A stretch of DNA of 63,381 nucleotides from Patescibacteria group bacterium (GTDB lineage Bacteria; Patescibacteriota; UBA1384; JBAYJO01): positions 1-63,381 of the forward strand of contig JBAYJO010000005.1 of NCBI GenBank assembly GCA_041665085.1, in the 5' to 3' direction. Each line of letters begins with the position of its first letter. The stretch's first letter is position 1. Position numbers and translations under genes: made by a program. The notes below the pieces were generated by a model. The model ran no database searches. It saw only the letters and a program-made list of their open reading frames with translations, and was not told the DNA's origin. This document shows, piece after piece, positions 9,315-17,902 of the stretch.

Positions 9315-9489
9315 AAATAAACATCGAGAATTTTCAATGGAAAATAGCACTTAAAGTATATTTTTAGTGCTATTTTCGGTCCGAATTTGTAGAGTTGATA
9401 TTTTGTTGATCTTTTATACTATTGACATGCTTGACAAGGTTTAGTAGTAATGATAATATTATTTATGGATTAAGGAGGTCAATAAATTA

Positions 9490-9558
9490 ATGAGAATTAT
9501 TCCAAATATTTTAGTTTTTTCTCGAGCGATCACTACAAGAGAGGGGGTTAGCGGCTAG
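9490..9558 (+). CDS. Candidate 22-aa leader/micro-ORF upstream of the 23S rRNA
   Basis: taaggaggt lies 9 nt before an ATG, and the product is MRIIPNILVFSRAITTREGVSG*. It sits downstream of TTGACA-like boxes (9422-9436) and is followed by the hairpin tccgct-acaa-gcgga plus a T run (about 9588-9612). Confidence 0.25.
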   Translation: MRIIPNILVFSRAITTREGVSG

Positions 9559-9901
9559 TTTAAATTAAGTAATTAATCTTAATTTTCGTCCGCTACAAGC
9601 GGATTTTTTTAAATAATTGGTTTACTGACATGATTGACTAATCAATTTGTTAGTAAGTCAACTAGCATTTTAATAACAGAATCGTCCTATTTATATGCAA
9701 AATTAGATAGGATTCCGCAAAAATTTTTGTGTTTTTGCGGTTGCAATGTTAAAAGTTACTCAAGAGCATATGGTGGATGCCTTGACCATTTGAGCCGATG
9801 AAGGACGTAGTAGCCTGCGAAAAGTTACGGGTAGGTGGCAAACAACCTGTGATCCGTAAATTTCCGAATGGGGTAACCCGGCGTGGCAAACCCACGTCAA
9901 C

Positions 9902-10039
9902 CGTGCTCTGCACGAAATTCTTAATTTAAAATTTAAAATTTAAATTGAATTTAAAATTTTTAAATGTTTTAAACATTTGATCATTAGAAATTTATTGAAA
10001 ATTAAAAATTGAAAATTGAAAATTCCGCGCAGCGCGCGG
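9902..10039 (+). repeat. IVS-like insertion module in 23S domain I (helix 9/10 region)
   Basis: cgtgc-tct-gcacg, then an AT-rich hairpin (aatttaaaatttaaaat...gaaaattgaaaatt), then ccgcgc-agc-gcgcgg. It has the same three-part architecture as 1445-1605. The AT-rich core resembles 16728-16835. Confidence 0.7.
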
Positions 10040-10150
10040 TAGGGCACCCGCTGAACTGAAACATCTTAGTAAGCGGAGGAAAAGAAATCAGCAGAGATTC
10101 CCTAAGTAGTGGCGAGCGAAAAGGGAAGAGCCTAAACCTCACTAATTATC

Positions 10151-10311
10151 CGAAATTCCAATATAGTTAAAAAGTTCACAAAGTTCATAAAGTCCATAAA
10201 GTTCAAAGAATTAAATATTTTTAGTTTATATTCAAATTACTTTATATACTTTTTTACTTTCGACTTTATAAACTAAAGCATCGAGCGATAGCGAGATGTG
10301 TTGGGATTTCG
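10151..10311 (+). repeat. 23S expansion hairpin 1, built from phased AAAGT/ACTTT repeat arms
   Basis: Base stem cgaaattccaa / ttgggatttcg. The arms are agttaaaaagttcacaaagttcataaagtccataaagtt and tactttatatacttttttactttcgactttataaact, followed by aagcatcgagcgatagcgagat. Confidence 0.7.
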
Positions 10312-10360
10312 TATAGTTAGATGGGGGGTTTCGGATGACGCATTCTCGTGTCTCACTAGT

Positions 10361-10537
10361 GTTCGACACTTAAGTCAAAAGTTCTTAAAGTCTATAAAGT
10401 TTAAAAGTTAATGGAATTTACTATTATATAGTTTTTTCAACCAACTTTATAAACTTTCGACTTTTAACTTTATAAACTGAAGTATCGAGCGGTAGCGAGA
10501 TACGAGACAAAGTTACAAAATCAATTGCTAGTCGAAC
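10361..10537 (+). repeat. 23S expansion hairpin 2 (a tandem relative of 10151-10311)
   Basis: Base stem gttcgac / gtcgaac. The arms are agtcaaaagttcttaaagtctataaagtttaaaagtt and caactttataaactttcgacttttaactttataaact, followed by aagtatcgagcggtagcgagat. Confidence 0.7.
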
Positions 10538-11291
10538 GCTCCTGGAAAGGACGGCCATAGACGGTGACAGCCCGGTAGACGAAAGTGATTGAACTTTGAG
10601 CGTTATTCCAGAGTACTGTCGGACACGTGAAACCCGGCAGGAATTTGGGGTGATCATGCTCCAAGGCTAAATACTCAAATGGATCGATAGCGAACTAGTA
10701 CCGTAAGGGAAAGGTGAAAAGTACCCCGCTAAGGGGAGTGAAATAGTACCTGAAACCATATGCTTACAAGGAGTCGGAGCCCGCAAGGGTGACGGCGTGC
10801 CTTTTGGAGAATGAACCAACGAGTTTGTAGATAATGCGAGCTTAAGGCCTTGACGGCTGGAGGCGAAGCGAAAGCGAGTACGAATAGTGCATTTAGTATT
10901 ATTTACTAGACCCGAAACCGAGTGATCTATCCATGGTCAGGGTGAAGTCCGCCGGTAAGGCGGATGGAGGCCCGAACCCACCTGTGATGCAAAACGGGGG
11001 GATGAACTGTGGATAGCGGAGAAATTCCAATCGAACTCGGAGATAGCTGGTTCTCCTCGAAATATATTTAGGTATAGCGTCTTGTGATGCGGTCCGGGGG
11101 TAGAGCACTGGATGGTGTTCGGCGGGGAAACCTGTTGACATCAATCAAACTCCGAATACCGGATTTGTTAGCAAGGCAGTCAGACTGTGGGGGATAAGCT
11201 CCATGGTCGAAAGGGAAACAGCCCAGACCGCCAGATAAGGTCCCAAAGTCTATGCTAAGTGGGAAAGGATGTGATAAACCACAAACAACTA

Positions 11292-11323
<32 letters not shown>

Positions 11324-11404
11324 GAAAGCGTAACAGCTCACTAGTCAAGGTTTATTGCGCCGAAGATTTAACGGGGCTCAAGCATAGCACCGAAGCTGCG
11401 GATG

Positions 11405-11566
11405 GCCGTGCACAGCACGGAAATTCCAATAATCAAGTAACAATAACCAAATAAATCACAAATTAAAAATTACAATATTCAATTTTTTTTGGATATTAAA
11501 TAATTGAAATTTGGTGATTGTTTGGGATTTGTATCTTGTAATTTGGATATTCCGTGTTGTACGCGG
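11405..11566 (+). repeat. IVS-like insertion module in 23S helix 45, near-identical to the 16S insertion
   Basis: It lies between caccgaagctgcgg and ggtagaggagcgttc, which is the helix-45 IVS site known from Salmonella, Leptospira and Coxiella. Long identical runs are shared with 1445-1605 (caagtaacaataa, caaataaatcacaaatt, aaaattacaatattcaa, atttgtatcttgtaatttgga). Confidence 0.8.
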
Positions 11567-12197
11567 TCATGGTAGAGGAGCGTTCTTGTTGCGATGAAGC
11601 CGAAGTGTAAACCGAGGTGGAGCGACAAGAAGTGAGAATGTTGGTATGAGTAACGAATTATCCTGACGAGAAATCAGGACACCGAATATCCAAGGTTTCC
11701 CCCGCAACGATAATCGACGGGGGGTTAGCCGGGCCTAACCCATTAAGTTGGGGATGGACAGCAGGTTGATATTCCTGCGCTTCTGTAGTTTTGTTTGATA
11801 AGACGCTCTGTGAAAAGCCTCGAAGAAAGTTGGTAGTTCGAGAGGTAGGACGCGGAGACTAGAAAATTTGAAAAACGTTAAGGCTACAGAACCCGTACCG
11901 CAAACCGACTCAGGTGGTTGAGGCGAGGAGCCTCAGGTGATCGAGAGAACCCTTGTTAAGGAACTCGGCAATAAAGCGTCCGTAACTTCGGGATAAGGAC
12001 TGCCCGCCTCATCGGCGGGCCGCAGCTAAAGAGTTCCAGGCGACTGTTTACCAAAAACTTAGGTCTATGCTAACCCATTTTGGGGATGTATATGGGCTGA
12101 TGCCTGCCCAGTGCTAGTAGGTTACGGGGAGGATTGATTCCGCTTTCGGGCGGATGAGGTTCGAACTTAAGCCCTAGTGAACGGCAGCAGTAACTAT

Positions 12198-12938
12198 GAA
12201 CAAGTTGTAGTTATAAAACTTGGCTATATGCTGGAACATCTCGTTTAGGTCTTTGGTAGGTTATATTTGATAAATATACCTAAAAATCCAAAGAATAGAG
12301 ACAATCAGCAGGAAAGACTCAATAAAAGGAGGTAAATGAGTAGTAATCAACTCATGATTCCAGACCACATAGGGTGGTATATTAGTGGATTTTGTGATGG
12401 CGAAGGTAGTTTTAATGTTTCGCTTCGCAGGAAAACTGATTATAAAATAGGATGGCAAGTGGTGTTAAGTTTTAATGTATCTCAAAGAGATATTACAATG
12501 CTTGCACTTATAAAACGCTATCTGAAATGTGGGATCATAAAGAAAAGACAGGATGGATTATATTCTTATGATGTAACTAATCCAAATGCAATAACAAATA
12601 CAATCATTCCGTTTTTCGAAAAGTTTCGCTTTTTTTCTGCTTCAAAGAAGTATAATTTTAGACTTTTTGAGCAGATAACTAAGCTTGTGGCTGACAAAAA
12701 ACATCTTTCGCCGGAAGGATTTCAGGAAATAATGATTTTAAGAGAGAAATTGAATCCCGGGAGAGGTAGAACAAGAAAGTATAATATTGCAGATGTCTTA
12801 ATAAATTGAGTATCCTCAGAGACTACACGCCAAGACCCGATAATTTATCGGGTATGATATAGTCCGACCTCTATGGAGACATAGAGAGCATGATAGAAAT
12901 ATTTATGCCCTTGATTGATTATCAAGGCAACAAATGTG
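12198..12938 (+). mobile_element. Group I intron A at the E. coli-equivalent site after U1917 (H69 loop)
   Basis: The 5' exon ends ..gtaactat and the 3' exon resumes aactgttctatggt. The internal guide GTAGTT (12207-12212) pairs with exon AACTAT through a G.U. Core elements are ggctatatgctggaa, acaatcagcaggaaag and gatatagtccgacc. The terminal nucleotide is G at 12938. Confidence 0.8.
12336..12809 (+). CDS. LAGLIDADG homing endonuclease (single-motif, I-CreI-size) encoded in intron A
   Basis: 157 aa with the motif YISGFCDGEGSFNV and an SD (aaaggagg) upstream. It lies entirely inside intron A. Confidence 0.85.
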   Translation: MSSNQLMIPDHIGWYISGFCDGEGSFNVSLRRKTDYKIGWQVVLSFNVSQRDITMLALIKRYLKCGIIKKRQDGLYSYDVTNPNAITNTIIPFFEKFRFFSASKKYNFRLFEQITKLVADKKHLSPEGFQEIMILREKLNPGRGRTRKYNIADVLIN

Positions 12939-12952
12939 AACTGTTCTATGGT

Positions 12953-13251
12953 AGGAAAGCTGCCTTAGTGAGGTAGTCAAACCTCTGCTCGAACTTTCTG
13001 TGCCAGGAAAGATGTAGAGTAAAAATTCGACTATATGCTGGAAACTCTCTAGAATTCCAACGGGAAACCGGTTGGGCTGTGGAGACAATCAGCAGGGAAG
13101 TCCGCCTAGGTGGATCCCTCAACGACTATACGTCGAATGCCTATAAAAAATTCTGAAAATGATAATAGGTAAAGATATAGTCTGATCTGCATGGCGATAT
13201 GCAGAGTTTATTTTGGGAACAAATAAACCATCGAAAGATGTAACAAAATTA
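12953..13251 (+). mobile_element. ORF-less group I intron B at the site after U1931 (boundaries +/-2 nt)
   Basis: The 5' exon ends ..ctatggt. The guide GCCTTAG (about 12960-12966) pairs with it. Core elements are cgactatatgctggaa, acaatcagcagggaagtcc, cctcaacgactatacg and agatatagtctg. The 3' exon resumes agcgaaattcc. Confidence 0.7.
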
Positions 13252-13271
13252 AGCGAAATTCCTTGTCGGGT

Positions 13272-13973
13272 AAATAACGGAATTTGCCCGAGTAGTGCCG
13301 TGAGGTGCTATTAGTACACTGGCTAATAACGGGGAAACCCCTTTGGGGCAATCCCGTGGGAAGTCGGTCGCCATTTGGCGACTTGACCCCGTAACGACTG
13401 ACTCGAAAGATGAGATTCGATAATATCGAATAATACGCCAGCTCTTACTGAAAAAAGTGTGCTATGAAGTTCTAGAAAGGAGAATGTGGATATACATTCT
13501 TATATGACTGGTTTAACTGAAGGTGAAGGTTGCTTCTGTATTTCCTTTACTCAACGCAAAAAGTTGAATACTGGAATTGAAGTTAGACCTAGTTTTTCAA
13601 TCAGTCAGAATGAAAAGAATCTAGAATTGTTAAAAAGAGTTCGACAATGTTTTGACTGTGGTGGAATACGCTACTCAAGTCAAGATAGGAATTACAAATT
13701 CGAAGTGAGAAGTATTGATGATTTGATAAAAATTATCATTCCTCATTTTGAAAAATATCCTTTGATTGGAGCAAAAGCAGTGGATTTTGAAAAATTTGCT
13801 CAAATTTGCTGGATGATGAGATCAAATCTTCATCGCAACAAAGAAGGATTAATCAAAATAATTGATTTGGCTTATCAAATCAATTATGGAAAAAGAAAAT
13901 ATTCTAAAGAAGAACTTCTAAGGCATATGGTAAGATGAAAAGATAGTCTAAAGCATTGGCAACAATGTAAATG
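13272..13973 (+). mobile_element. Group I intron C at the site after U1951
   Basis: The 5' exon ends ..cttgtcgggt and the guide is GCCCGA (about 13286). Core elements are tgaccccgtaacgactgactcgaaag and aagatagtc. The terminal G is at 13973 and the 3' exon resumes aagttccgaccc. Confidence 0.8.
13486..13938 (+). CDS. LAGLIDADG homing endonuclease (single-motif) encoded in intron C
   Basis: 150 aa with the motif YMTGLTEGEGCFCISF and an SD (aaaggag) upstream. It uses a GTG start. Confidence 0.85.
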   Translation: MDIHSYMTGLTEGEGCFCISFTQRKKLNTGIEVRPSFSISQNEKNLELLKRVRQCFDCGGIRYSSQDRNYKFEVRSIDDLIKIIIPHFEKYPLIGAKAVDFEKFAQICWMMRSNLHRNKEGLIKIIDLAYQINYGKRKYSKEELLRHMVR

Positions 13974-14249
13974 AAGTTCCGACCCGCACGAATGGCATAA
14001 CGGTCTGGAAACTGTCTCAACAAGGGGCTCGGTGAAATTACAATGCCGGTAAAGATGCCGGCTACCCGCAGCAAGACGAGAAGACCCCGTGGAGCTTTAC
14101 TACAATCTGATATTGGGTTTTAAAATAACATGTGTAGGCTAGGTGGGAGTTTAGACGAAAGGTGAAATACCACCCTTGTTATTTTAGGACCCTAACACTC
14201 AATGCGAGTGGACAGTGTCTGGTGGGTAGTTTGACTGGGGCGGTCGCCT

Positions 14250-15212
14250 TAATATTAGCTTTCTTCGTTAAGCTATAGGGGCGTCTTGGCTATATGCTGG
14301 AATACCCGGTGTATGGTATAATACTCATAGAACATTAGTTCTAAAGTAAAAATTTATACCTGCGGTATAACCTATTTGGTATATACCACCGGACAATCAG
14401 CAGGGAAGTCCGCAAAAGCGGACCCCTCAACGACTATACGCCAAGCTTTGTATCAAATATAAAAGCAAATTGTCCCAATTGATACAGGGAAGATATAGTC
14501 TGAACTACATGGCGACATGTAGATCTTTGATCAATTATTACAAGATCAAAGAATTCAAGAAAAATAATTCTATGTATAGTAAAAAAATTGAAACATACAA
14601 GCAAAAACTTAAATTAACTTCTCAACAACGAGAGATATTAGTTGGTTTGTTACTTGGTGATGGTCATCTTGAAACGCAAAACAACGGCTTAACCTATCGA
14701 TTGAAAATAGAACATGGTGCTATACAAAAGGATTATGTTGATTGGCTTTATGAAATCTATAAGGATTGGGTATTAACTCCTCCACAGATAAAACAAAAGA
14801 AAACTGGTGAAATCATAACAGAAAATGTTTGGTTCAATACAGTTAGTCATATTGCAATGCGCTATTATGGCAAGCAGTTTTATCAGAAAGGAAAAAAAAT
14901 ATTACCTAAGTATATTAGTAGATTATTAAAACCATTGACCCTTGCGATTTGGTTTATGGATGACGGCTCATTAAAGTCGAAAGACCATCGAGCTTTAATT
15001 CTAAACACACAAGGATTTATCATCAAAGAGATTGAAATGTTGCAGAAAGGGCTAAAAGAAAAATATTCTATTGAAGCCCAACAGAGAAATCAAAAAGATG
15101 GTATCCAGCTTTTGATGGTTGGAGAATCGGCAAAAGAGTTTGCGCGAATTATTTCGCCATATTTATTGCCACAATTCAACTACAAACTTGGAAAATTGAA
15201 TTAACAAAATTG
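14250..15212 (+). mobile_element. Group I intron D just 3' of the P-loop (about E. coli position 2262)
   Basis: The 5' exon ends ..ggggcggtcgcct and the guide is GGGCG (about 14275). Core elements are ggctatatgctggaa, acaatcagcagggaagtcc, cctcaacgactatacg and agatatagtctg. The terminal G is at 15212 and the 3' exon resumes cctaaaatgtaacggagg. Confidence 0.8.
14572..15204 (+). CDS. Double-motif LAGLIDADG homing endonuclease encoded in intron D
   Basis: Motifs LLLGDGHLE and WFMDDGSLK. The start is taken at the first ATG after the ribozyme P7/P9 segment; the track start at 14470 would run through core RNA. Confidence 0.8.
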   Translation: MYSKKIETYKQKLKLTSQQREILVGLLLGDGHLETQNNGLTYRLKIEHGAIQKDYVDWLYEIYKDWVLTPPQIKQKKTGEIITENVWFNTVSHIAMRYYGKQFYQKGKKILPKYISRLLKPLTLAIWFMDDGSLKSKDHRALILNTQGFIIKEIEMLQKGLKEKYSIEAQQRNQKDGIQLLMVGESAKEFARIISPYLLPQFNYKLGKLN

Positions 15213-15370
15213 CCTAAAATGTAACGGAGGCGTTCAAAGGTCAGCTAACTACGTATGGAAATCGTAGTGATAGTGCAAACGCATAAGCTGGCTTGACTGC
15301 AAGACCTACAAGTCGAGCAGGTGCGAAAGCAGGAGTTAGTGAACCTGTGCCACTGAATGATGGGGGCACA

Positions 15371-15407
<37 letters not shown>

Positions 15408-15450
15408 TATAGCGCCCAATAGTCCATATAGACGGCGCTGTTTGGCACCT

Positions 15451-16320
15451 TAACACATTGGGGTGCTGCAGAAGTAATTCTGCACCAACAATTTGGCTTA
15501 TAACGGTGAACTCCGACTGCTAGTTTATCCACAAGACCGTTCGTATTATGTTCGGTATAATATAAGTGATATAAATTAGTAAAGGACAATACCGTGGGAA
15601 GTCTATCGTCAACTCAACACGCAATCTTAGTTGGAAGTATGTTAGGAGATGGAACACTTCGACGACAAGATAATCGATTGAACGCATTGTTTGAAGTAAA
15701 TCATTCATATGCTTTTAAAGATTATGTCGATTGGAAGTGTGAACAGATGAAAGAATATGTAATAACCTCTCCTAAATCAAGAAAAGGTAAAGGAATGCGT
15801 GTTGCTTATCGTTTTACGACTCGAAGTTTGCCAATTTTTACAGACTATTATAAATGGTTCTATAAAAATGGGAGAAAACAAATTCCATTAAATCTTGAAC
15901 TTGATCCGCAAATTCTTGCGGTATGGTTCATGGATGATGGAAGCAAGAGTCGTAGTGCTTACTATCTTAATACCCAACAGTTTTCTCTCTGTGAACAAAA
16001 GATTCTGCAGATGAAATTAGAGAAAGACATGGGAATTAAGTCTACTCTTAATCGTGATAAAAAATATTTGCGGTTAAGAATTAGCACAGAAAGTGCAAAA
16101 TATATGACTTTAATTGTTGAAAAATATATTTTACCTTGTTTTCGATATAAGTTGACATATGACCCCGTAACGACTGACCCGAAAGGGAAGATTCTGACAT
16201 TAGGTCAGGATAACACGCCAACCCCTATTACAAAAAACTCAATGATATGGTTTTAAAAACCTAAATCAGAGAATAGGGTGAAGATATAGTCTGCACCATA
16301 CGAAATTATGGATTCATGTA
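15451..16320 (+). mobile_element. Group I intron E in the peptidyl-transferase centre (after U2500)
   Basis: The 5' exon ends ..tttggcacct and the guide is GGGTGC (about 15462). Core elements are tgaccccgtaacgactgacccgaaag and aagatatagtctgc. The 3' exon resumes cgatgtcggctcg. Confidence 0.75.
15594..16256 (+). CDS. Double-motif LAGLIDADG homing endonuclease encoded in intron E
   Basis: 220 aa with motifs GSMLGDGTL and WFMDDGSKS and a GTG start. The C-terminal roughly 30 codons overlap conserved ribozyme core sequence. Confidence 0.8.
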   Translation: MGSLSSTQHAILVGSMLGDGTLRRQDNRLNALFEVNHSYAFKDYVDWKCEQMKEYVITSPKSRKGKGMRVAYRFTTRSLPIFTDYYKWFYKNGRKQIPLNLELDPQILAVWFMDDGSKSRSAYYLNTQQFSLCEQKILQMKLEKDMGIKSTLNRDKKYLRLRISTESAKYMTLIVEKYILPCFRYKLTYDPVTTDPKGKILTLGQDNTPTPITKNSMIWF

Positions 16321-16727
16321 CGATGTCGGCTCGTCGTATCCTGGAGCGGTAGTACGTTCCAAGGGTTTGGCTGTTCGCCAATTAAAACGGCACGCGAGCT
16401 GGGTTCAGAACGTCGCGAGACAGTTCGGTCTTAATCTGCTGTGGGCGTTTCGAAGTTTGAAGAGGGTTCCCTTCTAGTACGAGAGGACCGAAGGGAGCGA
16501 ACCTATAGTGTATCGGTTGTCCTGCCAAGGGCATTGCCGAGTAGCTACGTTCGATATGATAACCGCTGAAGGCATATAAGCGGGAAGCTTGCCTCAAGAT
16601 TAAACTTCGTCATTAGACTGGTTGTAGACCACGACCTTGATAGGCTCTAGGTGTAAGCGCAGTAATGTGTTCAGCCAAGGAGTACTAATAGTCGAACAAC
16701 TTTTAACATTGCAACTACATAAAGCAT

Positions 16728-16835
16728 GAAAAAATTTAAAATTTAGAATTTAAATTCAATTTCAAAATTTAAAATGTTTAAACATTGATAATTTAATAAT
16801 TGATTGAAAATTGAAAATTATAAATTTAAAATTTG
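16728..16835 (+). repeat. AT-rich hairpin in the 23S-5S spacer
   Basis: aaatttaaaatttagaatttaaattcaatttcaaaatttaaaatgtttaaacatt...gaaaattgaaaatt is the same family as the core of 9915-10024. Confidence 0.6.
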
Positions 16836-16840
16836 CTTGT

Positions 16841-16973
16841 CCCTTTAGTGTTGGTTCCTTCGCGAGATGGATACACCTCTTCCCATTCCGAACAGAGTCG
16901 TTAAGCATCTCAGCACCGATGATACTTGGACCGCAAGGTCCTGGGAAAGTAGGTCGGGACCAGCACTAAGGGG
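16841..16973 (+). rRNA. rrf: 5S rRNA (with an extended terminal helix)
   Basis: cccattccgaacagag..gttaagc...ccgatgatacttgg..cctgggaaagtaggtcgg matches the 5S loop/helix signature. The terminal pairing is ccctttagtgttggt / accagcactaagggg. Confidence 0.85.
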
Positions 16974-16981
16974 ATAAAAGA

Positions 16982-17007
16982 AACAGGCCCAAAAGGTCTG
17001 TTTTTTG
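16982..17007 (+). terminator. Intrinsic terminator after the 5S gene
   Basis: A hairpin acaggcc-caaaa-ggtctgt followed by tttttt. Confidence 0.6.
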
Positions 17008-17047
17008 ATAATAATTTTTATTATTAATATTTTTATAATCAATTTAT

Positions 17048-17247
17048 GTAAGGGGCTAGGGGCTTCAAGTCTTGAAGCGCGCTCCCTTTGCCCTTTACAA
17101 ACCCCCACCCCCGCACGCTTTTTCTGGGGCACTCAAAAATAGATTCCTTTCTACAAAAAGATGAATTCGTCCGTCAGCTGGCGGACTTCACCCTTCGGGA
17201 AGCACTTTTTGTATAAGCAGAATATATTTTTGAGTTTCCCGAAAAAA
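17048..17247 (+). repeat. Composite hairpin element, copy 4 (divergent)
   Basis: It has the same two-hairpin layout: gtaaggggctagggg...ctccctttgccctttac, a C-rich linker, and then ctttttctggggcactcaaaaatagattc paired with gaatatatttttgagtttcccgaaaaaa. TTGACT-16-TATAAT follows at 17259-17286. Confidence 0.55.
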
Positions 17248-17301
17248 TTATTAAAAAATTGACTTTCTATTGATTATTTATATAATTAATTCAGGAGTAA
17301 T

Positions 17302-17880
17302 ATGGATCAACTTAGTCCAGAAGTCAAAAATTATATAGATATTTTAGAAAAAACAAATCAACAGCTTGGTTTTTGGCAGAGCCAAAATGGAATTATAGTT
17401 GCTACTTTATCGGTCTTGTTTACTATAATCACGATTGTGGCTGTGTTTATTATTTATCGACAAAGTCAGGAGCACAAGAATCGATTAGAGGAAGATAGAA
17501 AGTTGTACAAAAAGAAACTTGATGATTTTTTGACTACGCAAATGAAGGTGATAAAGCAAAGAGATGAAGAAGCTGAAAAGATATCAAAAAAAATTAATAA
17601 AATTATAAGTGGTTATCAAAAAAAATTAGAAGATAGCTCAAAAGAACAAAAAGAAGAGATTCAGAAAGTAATTGATAAATTAGAGATAGAAAAATTATCT
17701 TTATCAAAAGAATCAGGTCCAATCACAGTAATGCCAGATTTTAATTTGGGTAATTCTATTTTTAAAAAACAATGTACATGTTCACATTGTGGGTATGGGT
17801 TCTATGTTAATACCGGTATTGGTTCGTTGACAATGCAAACAGCATCTTGTCCAAAATGTGGAAGTATAAAATTTTTATAA
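17302..17880 (+). CDS. Membrane-anchored coiled-coil protein with a C-terminal zinc ribbon
   Basis: 192 aa with one TM (IIVATLSVLFTIITIVAVFIIY), a K/E-rich helical region, and CTCSHCG...CPKCG at the C terminus. Confidence 0.5.
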   Translation: MDQLSPEVKNYIDILEKTNQQLGFWQSQNGIIVATLSVLFTIITIVAVFIIYRQSQEHKNRLEEDRKLYKKKLDDFLTTQMKVIKQRDEEAEKISKKINKIISGYQKKLEDSSKEQKEEIQKVIDKLEIEKLSLSKESGPITVMPDFNLGNSIFKKQCTCSHCGYGFYVNTGIGSLTMQTASCPKCGSIKFL

Positions 17881-17902
17881 TATCTTTAATTATTTATAAG
17901 TT

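Noticed and set aside
9915-10024. Short tandem AT repeats (aaatttaaaat, gaaaattgaaaatt; also at 16728-16835) considered as a possible CRISPR or tandem array
   Set aside because: The units are 6-12 nt, irregular, and form two arms of a hairpin inside or next to the rRNA. There is no repeat-spacer periodicity. No CRISPR array is visible anywhere in the window.
16845-17132. A 95-aa minus-strand ORF
   Set aside because: It is antisense to the 5S rRNA gene and to hairpin element copy 4, so it is spurious.
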